DNA from: the human T2T-CHM13v2.0 reference genome, Homo sapiens
NCBI RefSeq assembly: GCF_009914755.1
Contig: NC_060930.1
Direction: 5' to 3' (one strand)
Length of the DNA: 64,000 nucleotides
Positions 53,301 through 64,000 of the stretch are shown piece after piece. The first letter of the stretch is position 1. Every line of letters begins with the position of its first letter. The position numbers were made by a program, and so were the translations under genes. The notes under the pieces are model-generated. The model was not told the DNA's origin, ran no database searches, and worked only from the letters and a program-made list of their open reading frames with translations.

Positions 53301-53799
53301 ATTTCCTTTTTAAAAAAGTTGGAAAGATTACCAGGTCCTTACCTAACATCTGGTATTTTTAAATCAAACATTGCCACTCACCATAAAATCTTTTGTTTCA
53401 TCAACTAGAAATGTATCACAATGTCTTTTGTGAATTATTTAAGAAAAAGAGATGGCTCAGGTATGGCCAGGAAGTATGAGAGCTCTTACCACAGTTACTT
53501 TTCTTAATCTTTTCACATTCCTATAAATTTAAACAAACACACAAAAACGTCACTAAGCCAGATGTTTATAAGAACCAATTGCTAGGAATTCTACCATGCC
53601 GCCTTTTAGATGCTGAATCCTATCAACTATACATGCAAAGAATAACACTACAATGCTTGCACAGTGATGTGGGAAAAAAAAAACCTGCCTAAATCAGTAC
53701 TTCAAAAAATGTTTGGTAAACTCTTAGGCACACTAAGAAAAAAACTTGATATTAAAGACAGTGAACGTGAAAACTGAAGGGGAAAAAAGGACAACTTAC

Positions 53800-53976
53800 C
53801 AGTTTAACAGCCTCCTGAGCTGCTTCTTTTGTACAAAAAGTGACAAACGCATAACCTCTATTGAGACCAGTGAGTGGATCCATCATTAGACGAAGATCCC
53901 ATATAGGTCCAGCTTTCTCAAATAATGGAACAAGTTCATCCTCAAATAGATCTCTTGGGATCTTTCCCACAAATAT
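53800..53976 (-). CDS. SYNCRIP: SYNCRIP exon 6 (RRM1)
   Basis: TTACAG|ATA..CTG|GTAAGT; 177 nt, [59 protein letters not shown] (RNP2 IFVGKI, RNP1 RGYAFVTF). Confidence 0.98.
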
Positions 53977-54075
53977 CTGTAAATTAAATATTAAGTAAAA
54001 ACCATGGAGAATTGCTTTAGGAAACCAGATACCTGTGCTTTTACTACAAAAGGTACAAGTTTTTAGTTGCTTTAC

Positions 54076-54189
54076 CTCAGTGCCAACAGAAGGCTGCTGA
54101 CCTGAATAAACGGAATCTGGAGGTGGTCCTCCATACTTCCTCTGTCCAGTGGTCACATCAAGTGTGTAGCCTGTTCTTTCCAAGAGTGC
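54076..54189 (-). CDS. SYNCRIP: SYNCRIP exon 5
   Basis: TTTTCAAG|GCA..GAG|GTAAAG; 114 nt, [38 protein letters not shown]. Confidence 0.97.
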
Positions 54190-54922
54190 CTTGAAAAGTT
54201 CAAACGTCATTAATACATTTAATTCACTAGACCACACCCATATATTTAGCAGTTAACATCCATCTTGCTCAAATCTTTCCAATTATCTTGGCATGTTCCC
54301 TTATAAACAGGTTTGTGATGTCTGTTTTAAAATTTCCCCTTAAATGTGTACTTGTTATACTCCTAAATTATTATCAGAAGTCCAGGGTCCTGTTCAAATT
54401 ACTTTCTAGTCTCCACTTAATTACTGAATAGTGTGCTTAATGGACAACAAAAAGTTAAGACCAATCCATCAGCAACTTTCAAGACAGGATGTATTACTAT
54501 GTTAATACCATCTTAAAAAATGATTGTACCTAATTTGGTTGAGCATCTTTCAAATCTGGATCTCTCACCCAATAAATTCCCTATAAACCCCACTCCTAGG
54601 TACATACTGCCATTCTGGGCATTGTGCCAACCTCAGAAGAAATTACACTTCCCATACCAAGTCTAGAAACTTGGGAGCTACAGGGAAAAAAAATCTCCTA
54701 TTATTATTTGACATTTATGTGCCATATTTCATGGGATAGCATGGGTCCTTCAGAAAAAAGTAACAGCCAAAACGACTTTTAAAAACTTTATGAAACTGCA
54801 ACGTTACATAACCTCTACATTTTAACTCCCAAAAAGTAACTGTTAAAATTTACACAACTCATATTTACTCAGAGCATTAGGTGTTTATTCCTTATTCTAG
54901 GCAAAGTATAGAAAGAAGTATA

Positions 54923-56107
<1,185 letters not shown>

Positions 56108-57058
56108 CTAAAAGTCACAAACTAAAAGTTTAAAAACTTTAGTTCTAGCTCACCAATGCAAACTTGATTACAACTGAATTACAATGGAGACAACTATACT
56201 CCACTTTTATGGAAAAACTAGACTTACAGATCAAACTCAATTCACTCACAGCTAGATCTGTGAAAGCCTCCAATTCATGGTTGTCTTAAACAGCTAACTC
56301 CATATACCAACCTTTTCCATATTCTAGGCTTTCCCTGTTTCCACACCACTACAACAATGCTCAAGGCCTATACCCTTAACTGATTTTCTTAAACCATACG
56401 CTTGGCTCAAGAGCACTGGCACACTACAAAGCACACCAGGTTAAAAAGTAATACAATCACCACATTGTCTATAAATTAGAAAACTCACCAATATAAATAT
56501 CAAAACCAAGCTGAATTTGAAGCCATTCACCATGATTTTAAACCAAAAAAAAAGCCTCCTCCTCCTAGCCTCAGTTTCTCATCTACATACCCACACTAAA
56601 CAATCTTATTGTCAAAGCTGCTTTGAGAAATAGTCTAATAATCCATACTGATGGAAGTGGAGGGCAGCAGGGTTAACATTCTAAATTCACTGGGGTTTGA
56701 GACTCCTAAAAAAAAAAGCCAGTTGCCAAATGTACATTCTCCATCAGTATTTCAACTGTCAATAAGCTGGCTTTGCAGCTTTTCAAAAAATATTCTAGAG
56801 GTATCATGGGTGTGTTTCTTTATACTAGGACTACCAATAGAACAGATTTAAACATCAGTAGCTGGATAACATGATAAACTTCACAGCAAATTGCTTTAGA
56901 AACAAATAGTTTAAAAAAACTTAAAAAAAGGAATTAGGAAAGATTGATGAATTATCTCAACATCTAACATACATCCATTTCATACCCAAGGAATATTTAC
57001 CAAAATTAGGAAACAGTTAAAATGACTTTAAAACTAAAGGGAGTATAGAAAGACATAC

Positions 57059-57166
57059 CTTAATTTTTGCCTCATCTGGTCCTTTACTAGAATCTGCTAC
57101 TTTGGTCCCTTGTTTTTCTCTCTGCCTGTAAGTCTTCATGACTCCACATAAAAAGGCACTTTTGTT
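57059..57166 (-). CDS. SYNCRIP: SYNCRIP exon 4 (end of acidic/NURR domain)
   Basis: TTTGCAG|AAC..AAG|GTATGT; 108 nt, NKSAFLCGVMKTYRQREKQGTKVADSSKGPDEAKIK. Confidence 0.97.
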
Positions 57167-57283
57167 CTGCAAAAAAATGTTCCATTAATATTTAACAATA
57201 ACCATATCTGAGTCTAATAAAATTCAGCAGATAGTATCAAAACTACTCAAATTTTTTAATTTTCACATTGACATTAACATTAC

Positions 57284-57402
57284 CTGAACATGAGAGAGAT
57301 CACTGTCTTTAAACTGTTGAAGAACTGCCAATGCACCGTCTTCATTGAATTCTTTTAAAGCTTCAATAGCTCTTTCATCTAAATCACTATGTGCAACTAG
57401 CC
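57284..57402 (-). CDS. SYNCRIP: SYNCRIP exon 3 (acidic/NURR domain)
   Basis: TTTTCAG|GG CTA..CAG|GTAATG; 119 nt, GLVAHSDLDERAIEALKEFNEDGALAVLQQFKDSDLSHVQ. Confidence 0.97.
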
Positions 57403-58129
57403 CTGAAAAAAATAAAAGTTATCAGCTTTTAATATTTTTAGAAAAGATTTTTTAGAGAAGACTATGTTGGCAATACAGGTACATGTGTGCCTTTACAATT
57501 CTTCTACTCCCCTTATCTATACCTGAAAAAAAAAAAACACACACTTCAGCCACTCTGAACTGAATCCTGAACTAAATATGCCCTACCAACCACACTTACA
57601 ATAATCAGCTAACTTCTTTTACATCTTTTATCTCCAAAGTCTGATAACTCTGAACACTACGGTATTTTTACAGTATACAGACTTACGAATCCTAGAATCA
57701 ACCAACAAAGTACCAAGCATGACAACTGAACCTCTACTCAATTTCAAATACCACCAGAAAAAGTTAACAGCCGCACCAGAAAGACAAGAAAACAAGTCTA
57801 CAGTTACCAAGTTATTTAAGAAGAATCCTACTATAAAAATACTCAAAAAAGTCACATGGCCTGTTCCCAACATTTAGCAGCTGTTGCTACTATCATATAC
57901 TTATCCATCAGGCCAGCATGCAAGCCAGCCTTTAGCTCCTAACCTTCTCTTCTTCCCTCCCTCTATACATCTTAACCTCTACTTCAAACTTAAATTAACC
58001 AACTATCACAACAAGCAAAACTCCAGTACCCACACTTATTGGAAACCACAAAAAGTTGCTATTTTAGCTCAAAGCCAGAAATCCAATAGAAAAATTTCAT
58101 AATGTAATTTTGCAAGTGTTAGTTCTTAC

Positions 58130-58277
58130 CTGCAACGTAAATTTCATCTAGTTTTTCAGCAACTTTCTGTGGTAAACCAGCATCAAGCAATGTCTGAAAA
58201 TTTTCTGAATGGATAACTGCAGAAGTAGTATCCATGGGCTCTTCAGTACCATTTCCATTAACATGTTCTGTAGCCAT
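58130..58277 (-). CDS. SYNCRIP: SYNCRIP exon 2, coding part with start codon (exon starts at 58289)
   Basis: AAC ATG G Kozak context; MATEHVNGNGTEEPMDTTSAVIHSENFQTLLDAGLPQKVAEKLDEIYVA(G); donor CAG|GTAAGA; acceptor AACAG|ATC. Confidence 0.97.
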
Positions 58278-58549
58278 GTTTCCAGAGATCTGTTCAAACG
58301 CAATAAGCAAAATTAAACTAGGATCTTCAAAAAGAATACAAGACAATATGAGAGCCCCATCTTTACTTTCTCTACCATTTACTACACCAGCTAGCCTATA
58401 CCTCCCTTTAAAAAAGCCTTACAGTCACTATCGCCTGACAAGCCAGATTTGGAGCACAGGGCACAGAAGGACCGATTCACCATATTCTTCCTCAGCACCA
58501 CCCCTGACTCACCTGCTAACACTCCCTAGGAAAAACCATATTACAAATA

Positions 58550-61050
58550 GAGCCCAATCAGCACGGGTACGAGCCAGCGTGCCACATGCAGCTGTGCCCG
58601 TTCGGAAAATGAGGTGTGTGTGGAGAAAGCAAAACTGGGCTCCTCTCTCTCAAAGATAAACCCCCAAAGTGCGCGCTTTTCCCGCCTGCCGCTTATAGAT
58701 CGGTAACAACAGCCAGCGAAGAACAAAGCGCTCATACAAGCCACCTTCCCACCACCCAATTTCTCCACCCTTTAACCCCGCACCCCAAAGCCCGCCCCTG
58801 ACTCCGCACCCAGAGCGGCAGTCTCACCACTGCGGCCGCCAGGAGCCCATTAGAAACACGTGCTCTGCGCCTTCCAATGTCCTACAACTTCCTTCAACGG
58901 CAACCCAACGAATCCCAAACCAAGACGACCATCACTGGTTCCCAACATCAACCCGAAGCCGCGGTCGGAGCCCCCAGAAAGCTGCAGCAGCACAATCTCT
59001 CCCCTGAACACCGAGGCACCGGCGGCGCCAGGCCACAGGCTCTCCCCGCCCCCCAGCGCCGCCGTCTCCGCCGTGACACATGGCTCTCCGCCCCTGGCGC
59101 TCCCCGGGCGCCGACGACCCCCGGCCGCCCGCCCGACCGAGACGTGACCCGTGGCGCGCTGTGCAGGTCCCCACCCCTTACCCTTCCGTGCAGTGACTGC
59201 GACGCCTGCCCGGCAACCCAGCAGCGTGAGGGCGTTCAGCGGACGGCTCAACGCCCGCGGGACCGTGAGCACCGCCCAAGCTCGCCGCACGGCTGCAGGA
59301 CAAGACCCACTCCTCTCCGCCCACTCCCGCGCCGCGGCGACCGCCACGACAGCACCAACTCTGAAGCCGCTCGCGGTCCGTGCGGGCCACGGGACCGTGG
59401 AGGCGCCTCCTCCCAAAGCGCCGCAGACAAAGCCCGAACCGCAGCAGCACATGGAAAGGAGGAAGTGGCGGCGCGGGCCGCGGCCTACTCCCAGGCAGCC
59501 CCAGTCAACGTGCTCTTCTCCCCATTGGAATCCATTTTCCAGAAAAGCCGGTTTCTACCCGCGCCACCCTCCCCCAGCTCACTCCACAATGTCATGGAGC
59601 TCCCCTCCCACACCCAGGTTCTGGCAGTCGTTACCTCCCCGTTGGGCTGAGGCGGAGAAATCCTGTCCGATGGTATCGGGTTGCGGGAAACGCGTGCTCG
59701 CTGCTCCCTGTGTCCGGCGCGAGTGGAGCTGTTGTAAAATGGCGGCCGAAGCTCACGCCGCTGGCAGCAAACCCGATCCAGTTCCACTCGCCTCCGAGCG
59801 CGCTCCCGGTGCGCGCGCGCGCCCCCGCGTGACCCCCCCTTCCCTTCCCTTCCCTTCCCTCCCCTCCCTCGCGCGTCCGCTTCACTCACTCCCTCAGCCC
59901 CTGCCCTCCTCCAGCTCCTCCTTCTCCCCCTACCACCACCACCACCACTAGCCTCTGTCCGCCTTCTCTCGGCCTTTCTTATTCCCGCCCCCCGCTCCTT
60001 TACCCCACTGCTCCCACTCCCCTCTGCGGTCGCTCAGGCACGAGTGGCCGCCTTTCCCCTTCTGGCTCGCACGCTCCCTCACTCCCTCCCTCGCTCGCTC
60101 GCACTCTCGGCCCGGTCCCCCAGTCCCTGCCGAGTCGGCTCCTCTCTTTCTCTCTCCCGCGCTGACGTGACAACGTAGCCTACGCCTCGGGACGCGCGCC
60201 CGCGGGCTCCGCCCCCACGCCGCGCCGCCTTCCCCGCTCCTCACCCCTTGGGTTGGGGGTGGGGGAGGCACAAGACCCCGCCCTTCCGCTCCGACGGTGG
60301 CGGCCGAGGGGCCGAGACTGAATGAAAGGCCCGCCCCTTCCCCTCCCGACACTCCCCCTCCCTCTCCCCTCCAGGCGGGGCGGGCCGGCTCAGCGTGTCC
60401 CACTCGTTTTCCTTTGTCAGGAGACTGGCATCTCCCCACCCCGCCCCACCCCACCCCCTCCCCGCGACACCATGCGCACGCCACCCCCACCGAGCTCCCG
60501 CCCGCCCCATCCCTGCCCGGTCCGGGGCTGGCGGGGCAGAGTGCTGTGGGCGCTGAGTGCGACTGCCGCTTCCCGGAGGGCACCCACCGGTCTGTGCGCG
60601 CCCGGCCCCCGCCCCCGGCTCCGCGGCCGCGTAGCCGTTCCAGGCGGTGTCCACGCCGCTGCCACCGCCCCGCGCTCTCCTCCTCGGGAAGCTGCAGGCG
60701 CACGTGTCCCCCGGGGCGGGGCGAGGCAGACAATGGGGCCGCGGGGGAGGGGAGCGGCGCGGAGACCCGCGGACCTTTGGTCCGCCGGACTGGCGGTACT
60801 CGAGTGCGAGAGTCGCCCTTGGAGACTCGATCTCCCCAACTGGACAGTGGGCCCTCCTCGCAGCCGCGCGGCTCCGCTTTCACGGGAACCTTCGGCGAAG
60901 GGAGGGGCGCCCCAGGCTTGGACGCGGAAACCCCGGCTGCTTTTGAAGGGGGAACGGGGCTGGCTCCAGTGGAGCGAGGAGCGGCTCCTGCCTTGGGATG
61001 ACACGAAGGCCAGATTTGGAAGCGAAACCGCCCGGTGGTGAAGGGTTGTG
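58550..61050. promoter_or_regulatory. SYNCRIP: CpG island / promoter of SYNCRIP
   Basis: Very GC- and CpG-rich; GC boxes; YY1 motif CCGCCATTTT on the minus strand at 59736-59745. Confidence 0.93.
59635..59880 (-). other. SYNCRIP: SYNCRIP non-coding exon 1 (5' boundary approximate)
   Basis: Donor GAG|GTAACG at 59634. Contains a YY1 site typical of the position just downstream of a TSS. Matches my recollection of the SYNCRIP 5'UTR. Confidence 0.8.
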
Positions 61051-61733
61051 CAATACTCCGTTTCAGTCCCTGGCCTTTTAAGCAGTTAAGGGCTTCCTCC
61101 TGGCACAGTTTGAGCAACTTGAAACAGCACAAAGCTGCGTGGTTAGAACAACTTTGAGAAAAATGTCTGTGTTTCTTTTAAAAAAAACCTTGGCAACTAA
61201 ATCTTCTGTGAAATGACGTTTCCTTTATAATCGTTTACTAGGTACAAGAAAGACAAGACAAAGGCATTTGAATTACAGACGCGATATGGATACTAATTTT
61301 ATCCAGGGCAGCTGTAATGAAAAATAGAAACAATGTCCTTTTGATTAAAAAGCTTATTTTTAAGAGCTTACTGGTTCCCCAGATGAGCTCTGTGCTATGA
61401 TAACAAATCAGTGGTTTGAGGAAAAGTTAGATAAACACTCTTCAAAGTGCACAAGCACATAAAATGCTAGATTATTTTCATAGCTACTTGGATCAGATAT
61501 GAAGTATGTTTTAGCCAAAGCACCACATAGTCAACCTGTTTAGTAAGGATTTGAGATCTCCACCACCCCAGATTCCTTACTATCAAACATATGTGATATT
61601 CAGCTGCTTCAGCCATAGGGATTTTTGTTCACAATGCAGAGGTCGTGGTTAATGATATACATGAAAAACAAAATGTTTAATAGAAAACTATGAAAATAAG
61701 AGTCATACCATGGATTAAACAAGAATAAAAATT

Positions 61734-62078
<345 letters not shown>

Positions 62079-62099
62079 TTAAAAAAAATTTTTTAAAGT

Positions 62100-62750
62100 G
62101 CCTTAACCTGGGCAAAGCTCCCAAATTAAAATCTCTAGCTGTTCTCTGACATCTAATTCCTTTCTCTAGCCACGCCCTCAATGTTTATGTGGGCTTTCTG
62201 GCACTCCAGATGGGCATTTCAAGAAACTGAGCACGTGATCTTCCCCCAGTCTTCCGTCTACAGAGTTCCCATCTCAATTAACATCCCCCACATGAATTGC
62301 TGGAGCGGATCATTCAAGGCACTTCCTTCTCTACACTGCCATATCAGTTAATCAAGTCCTATCAATTCTGTCTCCCAAATATATCTCCATTTATCTCTAT
62401 GTTGCAACCACCCAGGCAAAGCCACCATCATCTACCACCTGTACTAATGGCATAGCCTCCTGATTCATCCACTCTTACAGCTGTCCTAATCTGTTCAAAG
62501 CCCAAGTCATCTGTCTTTCTGTATGACTCTCTGTCTCCTGTGTAGGCTCTCTCCCTCCCTTGACCTTCTCTATCTTAATTGCAAGTAAGATCCTATGGCG
62601 TGTCTGCTTAAAACCCTTCATTAGCTTCCAATTACACTTAGAACAACAGCCAAAATCCTTAACTAGATCAACAAAGCTCTCTAAGATCTGTCCCACCTGT
62701 CTCCCCAGCTCATCTCAGCCACTTTATGGCTTCAGCCTGGCCTTCCCTTG
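62100..62750. mobile_element. L2 fragment, degenerate
   Basis: L2-like words ttcccatctca, aatcaagtcctatcaattct, gccaccatcatct, cttaaaacccttca. Confidence 0.55.
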
Positions 62751-62759
62751 ATTCTGGCA

Positions 62760-64000
<1,241 letters not shown>

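Noticed and set aside
53343-53404. Second cryptic exon candidate in intron 6 (62 nt)
   Set aside because: Weak pyrimidine tract; such site pairs are common by chance.
58850-61132. Many long overlapping ORFs (up to 394 aa, one ending HHHHH) in the SYNCRIP CpG island
   Set aside because: Present in several frames on both strands, Pro/Arg/Gly/Ala low complexity, no recognisable domain; expected from stop-codon scarcity in GC-rich DNA.

Overview
Primate, almost certainly human, genomic DNA (the SNX14-SYNCRIP locus, from memory 6q14.3). Both genes are on the minus strand. The window holds SNX14 exon 1 (CDS 10387-10526), its CpG-island promoter and about 10 kb of intron 1. It also holds the whole SYNCRIP (hnRNP Q/NSAP1) gene. 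I reconstructed 10 coding exons with GT-AG boundaries that sum to 1872 nt (623 aa + stop, the hnRNP Q3 form). The known isoform switches are visible: a GC donor in exon 8 (Q2), and an internal donor in exon 11 joined to a NAGNAG terminal exon (Q1). A ~5 kb Alu-free 3'UTR follows. The rest is mostly repeats: about 40 Alu pieces, an L1PA 3' end, older L1/L2/MIR, a near full-length Tigger2 and hAT/Tigger MITEs. I found no new gene system. The best untested hypotheses are post-transcriptional: an in-frame, stop-free SYNCRIP 5'UTR with a CUG start coupled to a candidate 13-nt microexon; a stop-free in-frame 99-nt intron; candidate poison and 3'UTR splice events; and an SNX14 uORF and 18-nt microexon. 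Two small structural oddities also stand out: a retroposed LTR 3' fragment and a ~100-bp dispersed duplication. Repeat subfamily names and boundaries were assigned by eye and are approximate.
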